64,000 nucleotides of DNA from a virus (lineage: Duplodnaviria > Caudoviricetes), in IMG/VR virus record IMGVR_UViG_3300031992_000079, positions 12,269 to 76,268 of that record. One strand, given 5' to 3'. The notes under the pieces were generated by a model. The model was not told the origin of the DNA and did no database searches. It saw nothing but the letters and a program-made list of their open reading frames with translations. The position numbers were made by a program, and so were the translations under genes. Of the stretch, positions 17,027 through 27,700 are shown piece by piece; position 1 is the stretch's first letter, and every line of letters begins with the position of its first letter.

Positions 17027-17692
17027 ATGTCTGACGTTGAGCATACATATGTTGACACTAACAGTGGTTTAGGTGGTCCTGCTTTAGGTGCTGGTTTTGG
17101 TGGCTTAATCGGTTCTTGGTTTGGTCAAGGCATGAATGGTGGTTGGGGAGGTAATAATAACTGGGCTAATAATACCTTCTTAGCAAATCAGCTGAGTGCT
17201 ATTCAGTCTCAGGCTGTATCTAACGGTTTAGCTAATCAGCAAGCTACTAACAGTGCAGCACAGACTGTTACTGAGGCTGTAAACTCTAATGGCAGAGATA
17301 CTAACAATGCCATCTACCAGTCCAACTTAGCCAATGTACAGGGTCAGGGTAATACTCAGTTAGGTATTTCTAAGCTGGGTACAGACTTTGTTACTGCTGT
17401 TATGGGATTAGGTGCTAATCTGGCTCAGGCTATTGCAGGTGTTAATCAAAATATCACCAACCAAGGTTATGAAAGCAGACTGTCTCAACAGCAATTAGCA
17501 CTGCAACTCACTCAGCAACACAATGAGCTGCTTAAAGCTATTGATAAGGAAGGTTGTGCTAACAGAGAGTTACAGCGTCAGATTCAGACTGAGGCTATTT
17601 CTGGTGCTTTGGCTGATGCTAAGGCTCAGAATGCTATTCTGTTACAGAATCAGTATCTTGTATCTCAATTAAAACCTGCTACTACCGCTTAA
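17027..17692 (+). CDS. Gly/Asn-rich hypothetical protein of a widespread phage family
   Basis: Gly-rich hydrophobic N-terminus (GGLIGSWFGQGMNGGWGG), coiled coil and C-terminal GCANRE...QNQYLVSQLKP; capsid-like codon bias. Confidence 0.7.
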   Translation: MSDVEHTYVDTNSGLGGPALGAGFGGLIGSWFGQGMNGGWGGNNNWANNTFLANQLSAIQSQAVSNGLANQQATNSAAQTVTEAVNSNGRDTNNAIYQSNLANVQGQGNTQLGISKLGTDFVTAVMGLGANLAQAIAGVNQNITNQGYESRLSQQQLALQLTQQHNELLKAIDKEGCANRELQRQIQTEAISGALADAKAQNAILLQNQYLVSQLKPATTA

Positions 17693-17718
17693 TCCTCTCG
17701 GTGTTGTTTGTCATTGTG

Positions 17719-17739
17719 GGGGACTCCGGTCCCCTTTTT
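17719..17739 (+). terminator. Intrinsic terminator
   Basis: GGGGAC-TCCG-GTCCCC-TTTTT. Confidence 0.75.
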
Positions 17740-17749
17740 AGGATAAAAG

Positions 17750-18013
17750 ATGCTGATAATCAGTTGTAAGAAAGATTCTGTAGAAGACTTAGAAGATATT
17801 GAGTTTATGCACAAGTGTCATGAAGTAGATGTATCTAAGCCAGCTACATGGAAGAGGTTTCCCAAAGACCTTAATGGTGCTAATGCTATTCTGAAAATGG
17901 AATATGAAGAATTAGCTAATGCCAAAACTATGGAAGATTGGGAGGAAAACTTGTATCATCTATCTGTAGCATGTTTGCATGCTTGGCGTATCTATAACGA
18001 TAAAGGAATATAA
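17750..18013 (+). CDS. Hypothetical helical protein
   Basis: 87 aa; AGGA RBS. Confidence 0.65.
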   Translation: MLIISCKKDSVEDLEDIEFMHKCHEVDVSKPATWKRFPKDLNGANAILKMEYEELANAKTMEDWEENLYHLSVACLHAWRIYNDKGI

Positions 18014-18015
18014 AT

Positions 18016-19530
18016 ATGGCGGATACTATTGTTTATGACCAAAATGGTACAAGAATTGTAGTAGATTCTAAAGGAAATGCTTGGTCTATTAAGGGAAATC
18101 AAAGAAATAAGCTTCCTAGAGGTAAACTGCGTGAATATGCTAATGCTGTTAAAAACAATCCAAGTGAAGCAAATAGAGCGAAGCTTGGTCAGGCTTTAGC
18201 AACTAGAGGGGGGGCCGGGGGTCCCCTTACAAGTAATAACTCCCCTACTCCTCCTAATTCTCCTAATGGTAGTCCTAGTCCTAAATCTTTAGATAATGTC
18301 CTAAAAGCATCTTCAGCATCAAAACCAAATTTTGTTATTGTTGGTGAGCCCTATGGGGATAATCATGGACGCTTAGTAGGTAAACCTTATTCTACTAATT
18401 ACCCTGTTCCTGCTAGAGGGACTTCTATTGTTCCTGCAAATGGTGTAGCAGCAGCAGAAGCAGCACCTAATTTCACTATGAATGGTGAACCTTATAGCAG
18501 TGAGCCTAACTTCCGTACAGTAGGAAAACCATATACTCCAACAAGTCTTCCAGCAGAGTATGTTGGAACTGATGTAACTCCCTATGTAAATAATGCAACA
18601 GCAAGTGCAGCTCAAAGAGGATTATTTGAGAAATGGTTCCCTAGGTTAGCTGTAGCAGGAGAGACATATGGATATTTCAATCCTGATGATTTAGAAGCTA
18701 TTGCTAATGGTGTGAATCCAGATGATATACATCTAAACACTAATAAAATAGCAAATAGCATGGCAGGAGGCGGTGTATTTGGTGCTGGTTTAGGTGCTTT
18801 ACAAGGAGCACTTGCTGGTACTGGTGCCGGAGCTGGTGCATTAGGGGGATTAACAGCAGGTGCTACTGCTGGACTTGGCTTAGGTGCTGCTGGACTTGGT
18901 GGATATGCTCTTGGTAGAGCCGTTGATAATGCTACTGGTGGAGCACTTTCATCTGGGATGAGTAGAGCTAGCGATTGGGCTACTGGCTTAGATGAAGTAT
19001 ATGATAACCAGAAAAAGGCTCTAACATCTTCAGCAACTACTCCTGAATATTTAAGACAAGTAAAATGGCTTAACCAAAGAAATGACCTAATGAAGAAGTA
19101 TGGTATTTCTAGAATGGAAGCTAACGACATTATGGAAGGTCGTAGACAGCTTCCTTCTACTACTACTACTTCTGAAGAAACTACAGGTACTAGTGTAGAT
19201 ACTTCTGCACCTGCTCAAGAAGCCACTGTAGAATCAGCAGCAACAACATCTACTACTCCTGCTACTACCACTACTCTTACTCCTGCACCTGCAAGAAGAA
19301 GGAGACAAGCAGCTTCTCCTATGGAAACTGCAATAGCAACTCCTTCACCTAGAGAGCAATTAATGGCTAGAAGAGCAGCAGCATTAGAAGCAGCTAGAGC
19401 ACAACAACAGCAAGCAGCAGCACAGTATGCAGCACTTAATGCTCCTAAACCTGGCTTTAATCCTTCTGGGTATGCTACTGGGCATGAAGCTTATTATGAC
19501 CCTTATAAGAGTCAATTATTATTTAGGTGA
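18016..19530 (+). CDS. Putative ejection protein with a Gly/Ala membrane-active segment
   Basis: 504 aa, Cys-free; four PNF..VG(E/K)PY-like repeats; long GAGLGALQGALAG... stretch; Thr-rich linker. Confidence 0.6.
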   Translation: MADTIVYDQNGTRIVVDSKGNAWSIKGNQRNKLPRGKLREYANAVKNNPSEANRAKLGQALATRGGAGGPLTSNNSPTPPNSPNGSPSPKSLDNVLKASSASKPNFVIVGEPYGDNHGRLVGKPYSTNYPVPARGTSIVPANGVAAAEAAPNFTMNGEPYSSEPNFRTVGKPYTPTSLPAEYVGTDVTPYVNNATASAAQRGLFEKWFPRLAVAGETYGYFNPDDLEAIANGVNPDDIHLNTNKIANSMAGGGVFGAGLGALQGALAGTGAGAGALGGLTAGATAGLGLGAAGLGGYALGRAVDNATGGALSSGMSRASDWATGLDEVYDNQKKALTSSATTPEYLRQVKWLNQRNDLMKKYGISRMEANDIMEGRRQLPSTTTTSEETTGTSVDTSAPAQEATVESAATTSTTPATTTTLTPAPARRRRQAASPMETAIATPSPREQLMARRAAALEAARAQQQQAAAQYAALNAPKPGFNPSGYATGHEAYYDPYKSQLLFR

Positions 19531-19536
19531 TGACTT

Positions 19537-21045
19537 ATGAATTTCTCTGCACCTCAAGTACAAGGTACTCTTGATCCATACCAGTATAGCCATGCTCTTG
19601 CTTGGCTTGCTAATACTAACAGGTATGATGGTATTACTAAGTGGTTAGAAGACCAAGGTAAGAGTATTGCTGATAGGAATGCTATTGAAGCACAGGATTA
19701 TTTTAAGAATCTCAGTCTTAATGACATTACCAAAGCTAAAGAGCAAGGCAGAGATATTCTTAAGGACTATGCTAAAGATAGATGGTTCTTTGACCCTACT
19801 AATGCTGCTGTAAGGCAAGCAAGAGATACTCGTTCTCAAGAAGAATCTGATTATGCTTTAGATGAGTTCAAGAAGCAGTTAGTTAAAGAGATGAACTCTG
19901 ATAATGCTAAAGGAGGAGATACTAAGAGAATATGGGATACTCTTGGTTTTAGGAATAGAAAAGCAGAAGAGTATCAGACTGCTGAAGATGCTTTACAGGA
20001 TGCTTGGATTAAGAGATATAAAGATAACTTAATGGCTCAAGCAGGTAATGCTTATCTACAAGACCCTACTGGTGCATTAGCAGCAGAACAATACCAGAAA
20101 GCTCTTAATGATAATAATATCTATAAGCTCTCTGCTGGTGACTTAAACCAAGAGTCAGTTAAACCCTATTTAACCAGAGCTGCTGATGAACAAGTTAATG
20201 ATGTAGCTAGGAGATTAGCTGCATCTAATGATATAAGTATGCAAGACTTAGAAGGCTATAACAGAGGAGCTGCTATGTATGCTCCTTATGCCTCTCCTGA
20301 AGCATTACAGAGACTTACTGGAGAAGTAGCAAGAAGAAAGGGTGGATTAGTTAATCAGGCTATACAGGAAGTATATAGTCAACTGTCTCAAGACCCTCAG
20401 TTTAGAGCAGAGACAGAGAAGCTTGGTTTCCAGCATACAATGCTTAATTATATTATTCCTGCTGTTGCTAATAAGATTGGTGTTACTCCTGAAGAAGTAA
20501 TGAGAATACATCAGAATGATGTTAGTGCTAGAAGTGCATATCTTGGTAGCATGACACCAAGCCAAGGATATGGTGAAATGGTTCAAGCTAGAACAGATTT
20601 TGAAAATGTAAGAGATGCTAACAAAGAAAAGTATGGAGGTGTATATGATAACGTCTATGGTAATACTCGAGTAGACTTTGGTAATGATAATGAAAAAATA
20701 CATACCAGTAATTTTAGAGAAAAAGCAAATCAAGCTTTTAGGAATAGAGGCCTTACTGGTTCATTTGAAAGAATTGGTCGTTTACTTGGAAGGTCTAATT
20801 CTGCAAATCAAATAGGTTATCAGATATTAACTACATTTATGTTGCAACATGGAGCATATGACCCTGATGCAATTATTGCAGCCATAAATGATGGTAATAA
20901 TCCAATATCTAGGCAACTAGAAGAGTATGCTCAACAAATTGCTAAGCAAATAACAGCAGAAAAGAAGTATAAACAAGCTCAAGATGCTTATGAAAAGAGC
21001 AAAATTTATATGATGGATGCTAATTACATTAGTCCTAGATATTGA
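19537..21045 (+). CDS. Putative ejection protein (positionally N4 gp51-like)
   Basis: 502 aa, Cys-free, helical; upstream of the vRNAP gene. Confidence 0.5.
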   Translation: MNFSAPQVQGTLDPYQYSHALAWLANTNRYDGITKWLEDQGKSIADRNAIEAQDYFKNLSLNDITKAKEQGRDILKDYAKDRWFFDPTNAAVRQARDTRSQEESDYALDEFKKQLVKEMNSDNAKGGDTKRIWDTLGFRNRKAEEYQTAEDALQDAWIKRYKDNLMAQAGNAYLQDPTGALAAEQYQKALNDNNIYKLSAGDLNQESVKPYLTRAADEQVNDVARRLAASNDISMQDLEGYNRGAAMYAPYASPEALQRLTGEVARRKGGLVNQAIQEVYSQLSQDPQFRAETEKLGFQHTMLNYIIPAVANKIGVTPEEVMRIHQNDVSARSAYLGSMTPSQGYGEMVQARTDFENVRDANKEKYGGVYDNVYGNTRVDFGNDNEKIHTSNFREKANQAFRNRGLTGSFERIGRLLGRSNSANQIGYQILTTFMLQHGAYDPDAIIAAINDGNNPISRQLEEYAQQIAKQITAEKKYKQAQDAYEKSKIYMMDANYISPRY

Positions 21046-21680
21046 TAAAAGGAGGAAACATGGAAGCATTTACATGGGGTGATTTATTAAAACCAGTTGG
21101 TAATGCTGCTGGTGATGCTTGGGGACAAACTAAAGAATTATTTAGTGACCCCATACTACTTGCCAGTGTATTTAATCCTTTTACTCAAGGTCTGGCATTT
21201 AGAGAAGCAAATAGTAGACATCAAAAAAATAAAGACTTAGCTAAATATGTTGAAATGGCTGCTCCCTTCAAGGAAGACCCAGAAAAATTTAAAGAGTACT
21301 ATGAAAGAGCAGTTAAGAAGTATGGTAAAGAACAGGTAGATAAAGATATAAAGAAAGGTATTTCTCCTAAAGATCTCTTAGATACTCAGCTTCTTTATCA
21401 TGGTTCTCCTGAATATAGAAGTGATTATAAGAATAAAGAATTAGACCCTTATGGTAGACCTGCTTATGCTATGCCTAATTATGGTGCTGGTTTAAGTCCT
21501 GAGAATGTAACAGCACTCATGGACATGTACGAAGCAAAGGACCAAGCAGCAGCAGAAGACAATGCTAGAAAAGAATACTTGATGAATCTGGTTAATAGCT
21601 TCGCTCCTGCTAAGAGAGACTTTAACATTACTCCTCAACTCTCTAATCTGAAACTTTATGAAGGTATATTTGGCAAGTAG
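21042..21680 (+). CDS. Hypothetical protein, putative virion (likely start MEAF at 21060)
   Basis: 212-aa ORF, Cys-free; AGGAGG RBS before the ATG at 21060. Confidence 0.6.
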   Translation: MIKGGNMEAFTWGDLLKPVGNAAGDAWGQTKELFSDPILLASVFNPFTQGLAFREANSRHQKNKDLAKYVEMAAPFKEDPEKFKEYYERAVKKYGKEQVDKDIKKGISPKDLLDTQLLYHGSPEYRSDYKNKELDPYGRPAYAMPNYGAGLSPENVTALMDMYEAKDQAAAEDNARKEYLMNLVNSFAPAKRDFNITPQLSNLKLYEGIFGK

Positions 21681-21683
21681 TAT

Positions 21684-21747
21684 TTGACTTTTACAAAATC
21701 CTTTCTTTAGACTCCCTGCTAATTTACTACAGGGAGTCTTTCTTTTT
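21684..21747 (+). promoter_or_regulatory. vRNAP leader: sigma70-like promoter overlapping a terminator hairpin that contains the RBS
   Basis: TTGACT(21684)-18 nt-TAGACT(21708); stem AGACTCCCTG/CAGGGAGTCT (21709-21739); T-rich tract; ATG at 21748. Confidence 0.6.
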
Positions 21748-24700
21748 ATGGCATCTTACATTCCCAATCCTTATCTTAGCAGAGAACAGCAGCAGGAAAT
21801 TGCTAACATTCAGAGTCAATATACTGATTCTGACTATAAGAATGCCTTAATCTCCTTAATGAATAATGATGCTCTTACTCCTCAGGAAATGGAACAGAGG
21901 AGAATGGAAGAGATTGCTCAGTCAAATGCAAGACTTCAGCAATCAAGAGAGAGCAGAGAAAGCATCTACATGAGAGCCAGTGCTAAGGTGAGAGAACTCA
22001 TCAATAGACCTGAAATCATGACTCCCAATGAGATAGCTGAGGTTGTTACTAGTGACCCAGACTTATCTGTTGCTTATGCTACTGATAATGAGAAATATGG
22101 TTTAGTAAACCAGATACTTCAGGAAAGAAGCAGACTTGCTGACCCTGCAAGAGCATTAGATGGTAAGACTATTTCAGATGAAGAAGATTCCTTCTTAGGT
22201 AGTCTCTGGACTGGTGTTAAACATACCTTTGGCTCTATGGGTCCTAATGCCAGAAAGGCAAAGTCTATCCTTGACCTCAATGAACTGCCTCTTAAAGACC
22301 TTGATAAGATTAAGCGTAAGCAAGAAGTAGCTAATGATATTCAAGCCAAGATGGTGGAAGAGTCTGATAGGATGACTTCTCCTGATATGGCTCAAAGAGC
22401 AGAAGCTCTTAGTAAGTACAAGTACTTCCAGAATGAGTTAAACAAGTTACAGCTTACTCCTGAAGAGCAAAGACTCTGGGATACCTATGGTGAGCAATAC
22501 ACTAATCTGCATGGTGATTTAGACCTTGCCAATGCTCAGCTTTCTGATTTGAATAATACTGTCACTTCTGAAGAAGCTGAAGCATTAATGGCTGATAGAC
22601 AAAGAGACCGTAACTTCACAGCTCTTGGTCAATCAGCTAACTATGATAACTGGGATTATGTACAAGCAACTATTAGTGACAAGATTAAACACTTCTCTCC
22701 TAGTAAGATGCTTGGAGAGATTGCTGCTACTGCCCTTCCTTTCTTTATTCCTGTAGTTGGTCCTGTTCTTGGTACTATTGGTTTCACTGCCAGAGCAGCA
22801 GCTTTTAGCTCTGATGCTTTAGAGCACTTTGCTAATAACTTAGAAGCCTACATGAATGAGCATGGTCAGATACCTGATGACAGAGCTATTGGTATCATGG
22901 CTGCTGCTATTGGTTCTGCTGTAGCAGACTTCTATGGTTCTAAACTCTTTGTAGGTGGTTTAGGTAAAGCAGGTATAGTAAAGAGCATAGAAAATGATTT
23001 CAAGAATGCTCTTGTTAATGTAAAGCCTTTAATTGGTAAAGTAAGCAATAACTCTATGGCTCACGCTATAGCAGCTTCTATGGCTACTCAGCTTTCTAAG
23101 AAGACTGTTAAGAGTGGTGTAGGAGAAGAGCTTTCTACTGCTGAAAGAGCCATTAATAAGATTATATCTGGTAAGGCAGAAGCAATATCTTCTGCTGGTG
23201 TCAGATATGCTAAGAAAGCCAATAAACTTGCCCATGAATACACAGGTACAGGAATACAAGACATAGCATCTGCTGGTGTTAAGCTTGCAGGTGAAAACAT
23301 TGGTTCTACTCTATTTGACCAATTAGCACTTGATAAGTTTGATGCTAAAGCTCTTGTTGATGCTGGTGTATCTGGCTTAATTGGTGGTGCTATGTTCCAT
23401 GGTGTTGCTTCACCTGGAATGGCATTAGCAAGAATGGGTAAGCAACAGGTTCAGCAGCGTATTGGACCTAAGTTTAAGATTGATTCTGAAAAGGATTGGC
23501 AAGCTACTCTTGATAATATGAATCTTCCTGAGAATAGGAAGTACAAAGAACAGTACATTGAAACTTATCAATCTGGCTTAGAGAAGATGGAAGGTGAGAT
23601 TGATGAGACCATTACCAAGGCTGTTGAGCAAGCAACTGACAGATATGGTGAAGCAATAGGGAAGAATGCTGCTGGTGAGTGGATATTCAATGAAAAGAAA
23701 GCTGCTAACCTTACAGAGAAAACCAAGAAGCAAGCTGTTAAGGATGTTAAGAAGCTTAATAAGTTAGAAGCTAATGCTGAAGAAGCTAAACAGGTAATTG
23801 CTTCCAGGAATGAAGCTTTAACTAAGTTACAGCAAGCTACAGTTAAAGAAGATTATGAGGAAACCAAGGACTTAGATTCTGAATTAACTGAAGAAGAAGT
23901 AGAAGCCAGAGAAGAAGCTTTCCATAAATATGCTAGTGATGAGGATAAGGTTAAAGCACTGGTAGAAAGTGAAAAGATTACTGAGGAACAAGCTAAGCAT
24001 ATTATTAATCCTTCTACTTCTAAGATTGCTGTAGATAGTGAATTAAAGCCAGCATTAGAGAAGTATGGTGAAACTACTGCTGAACTGTATGAAGACCTTG
24101 AAGGCAATAAGGAAGTAATACAGGCTCTTAATGAAGCAGATAAGACTAAGTTTGATACCGCTATTGATGACTTGGTTTCTAAGAAAACCATCTCTAAAGA
24201 AAGAGCAGATGTACTTAAAAGCAGATTCACTAAAGAAGAATTTGAAAGAACTCAGAGAACAGATAACGAAGTAAATGAGGAAGGTAAGAATAGAGCAGGT
24301 GAAACAGTACCTTTTAGCAAGTATAACAAACCCTCACAGAAAGATATTCAGGATGCCTTAAAAGTAGATGATACTACTAAGGACTTTGTTAAAGAGAATC
24401 CCTTAAATGCAGGTAAAGACTTATCTCTTGCAGATTTGTCTGATGCTGCTGTCACTCCTTCAATCCGTAAATCATTCTTAAATGATAAGTCTCTTGAAGC
24501 CAACAGACTTGATTTGTTTAATGCTATTAAAGCCAATAGCAAACTTTCAGAGACAGAGATAAATAACTTCCTTAATCCTTTTGTTAAGGAGGTTAAGGAT
24601 GCCTTTAAGAATGCCAATGAAGTAAACAAAGCACTTAAAGACCAAAGAGCTTTTGCCACTGAAGCAGAGGCTAAAGCCTTTATTGATAAAATCAATAAGA

Positions 24701-27700
24701 AGGCAGGATTAGAAGCTTCTAGTCTTGTACCTAAGAAGATAGCAGGAAGATACATTGTTGAAGACATTATTGAGAACATTGATAAGAAAGAACTCAATAA
24801 AGCCAAGACAATAGAAGAAGCTCTTAAATGGTGGGATAGTCATAAGGCTGAGTATGCAAGAGTGCCTTATAAAGCAGGTACTATTGCTGATGTTATTGAA
24901 AAGAAGATTGTAAACAAGCTTAGAAAAGGTGTTAAGGATGAAAAGAAAGATGATGCCTTAAAGACCTTTAAGAATGCTGTAGAATCTGTTGAGAATGCTC
25001 TTGGTGCTGGTTTACAGACTGTTAGCAAAGAGGGTGTTAAGCATGCCTATACCAAAGCTAAAGAAGCCAAAGAATTCATGGAGGAATTTAAGAAACTCCA
25101 GAAGGAAATGGAGGAGACTAACAAAGTAAGCAAAGATATCGCTAAGAAACCTATTGAAGATATTGTTGCTGATATTGAAATAGGATTCGAGTACTTCTTT
25201 AGAGACTTAGGTATAACTGATATTTCTAAGATTACAGAAACAGACCTTGTTGATTTCTTAAAGAATCATAAGCTCACTAGAAAAGATGAGATTAGGTATA
25301 TTGAGTATCACAAGCTTATTACCAATTCTCATATAGATAGGAAAGCAGAGATTCTTGGAAGACTTGAAATTGTCAGGAATCTTATTGAATTAGCTAAAGC
25401 CAATGATGCTTTTGATGATACTCCAGATTTACCTGTAGCAAGACTGTTCTATGGTAGAGGAAGAACAGGTGTTACCTGGGATACTACTACTGACAGAATG
25501 AATGCAGACAAGAGATACAATGCTCTCTATGCAAAGTTCTCTACCATGTATGAGATGGAATACATCAGTAGTGCAGAAATACCTACTGGTGCTATGTCTG
25601 CTACTGCTACTAAAGCACTTGAAGATGATGAACTTAATAGAAAAGGTATCAATGAAGTAGTTCTTGAAAGAGAACTAATGAACTTTGACCAAACCAGAAT
25701 AGACCAGATGGCTGAACTCTTCATGCTTATGAAGAATACTTCATTTGCAGGTAAAGCTGGTTTTGGTGACATGCTTCATAGAGCATTGGATGAATACAAT
25801 GAGAGAGATGCTTCTAAGAAGATAAACAGTACTATTATAGATAATAACGACCTTAGTTCTCTCAAGACTATCAACGCTAGAGCAAGAACTGATTTCTTTA
25901 TTGCTATTGCAAGTACCAATACCTTTAAGAACTTCTTTGGTTTAGTAAACCAGGGTACTAAGCATAAGACTCTGGAAGATTTCATTAAGCATTCTCCTGA
26001 GTACTCTCTTCCTGGTCATGCTAGTGATGTTTTCACTGATAAAACCATTACCAAATTAGGATATTACAATACTGCTACTCATAAGTATGAGTCTTATGAT
26101 GCTCCTACATCTGGTACTTCTGCCTATGATAATCTTGTAGCCTTAGATAACTACTTTAAGCTTAATGGTGCTCTCTATAATCATGTCTGGGATGATATAG
26201 CTCTTTCTAAGAGTAATCCTGCTAATACCTTAATGGGTATCATTAGAGATAGATATGAATTAACTCATGCCAGTGCTAAGAAGTATCTTGGTTTTGGTAA
26301 GGGAGATGCAGTAGACAGAATCAAATCAAACATGGAGGATTTACTTAAGAACCTCAATGTAAAAAAGATTGCTGATGCTACTGTCTTCTTTAATAACTTG
26401 TACCTAATCCAGAAGCAATGGATTGCTCGTGGTAAGGTATTAGTTTCTAATCCTGGTACTAGTGACCCCTTTAGTCAATTCAAAGATAGGCTTAGTAGCC
26501 TTTATACAGGTAAAGAAAATTTTAATGATGTCTTTGATAGAGTCTACAATCCTAGAGGTAAAGACAGAAGTACTGTAAGACAGATTCAGTTCCCCTTAAC
26601 TGCTGCTATTATCAAGAATATAGCAGCTCAGTACATGGAAAATGCTATTGAGCAAAATCCTAAGTTTACTCCTACAGATTTTGAGACTTTCTATAACCCT
26701 GCGAAGCAGGTTTATGACACTACTACTTTCTTAAAGAATACTACCTATGAAAGGTTTAGTGGCTTTAAGGAAATATCTACTGCTTTACAGACTGAGACTG
26801 CAAGACAAGAGTTAGCAGATGTAATCAGGTATAACCTTGTAAGAGGCAAGATTAAGTTACAAGACATTCTGGACTTCAATGCTACTACTGAAGATGAAGG
26901 TGGTGTTAAGGCAGAATGGAGACTTAATGATGAGGGTGTAAATGCTCTTAAAGAGATATTCTCTGATAAAGATAAAGCTGGTTATAACGCAGATGTTGAT
27001 TTAGAACATCAATTTAAAGATATTCCTAATCTTGAGAAGTTCTTTGCTGCTCTAATCAATGCTAAGAAACTGCATAATGTAGTTACCTTTAGAAAGAGTG
27101 GTACTAAAGAGACTCTTGATTCTACAGGTACTTATGAGCATATCGAGAATGATTTACTGAGATATGGTAAGAAAGACTTTGAAATCATTCCTAATGCAGA
27201 GAATATGTCTGTTCTGGCTTCTGATAATTTCATTAAATATAGGGGTCAATTCAATACCAGCTACGCTGATAAAGCCAGATTAGATGAATTCTTACAGGAA
27301 GTATTAAAGCTCTCTGAATCTGCTGGTAAGTTCTCTAAGACTGCTACTAACTTAGCAGACCAAGTATTCATGCGTTCCTATAAGGGAATCCAAGCCTATA
27401 ACAGGGAAGTAGTACATACTATTGCAGGTGTGTTCCTTTCTCATTTACCTAGACTCTCTTCTGGTCAGTCTGAGAAATGGGTAGATAAGCAAGTTACTAC
27501 TGAATACTTTACTCAGAAAGCAGCAAATGTATTTAAGAGGTCTAACTTCATCAGTAAGAATAATCTGGGAGAAGACTTAGGTTCTCAGATGATTACTGCT
27601 TTAGGTATTCGCTCAAGAGGTGATTTTGCTACTCATGATGCTATACCTAGACTTGCTGCTGGCTTAGCTGGTAGAGCATTAGATATGGCTCAGGATAAGG

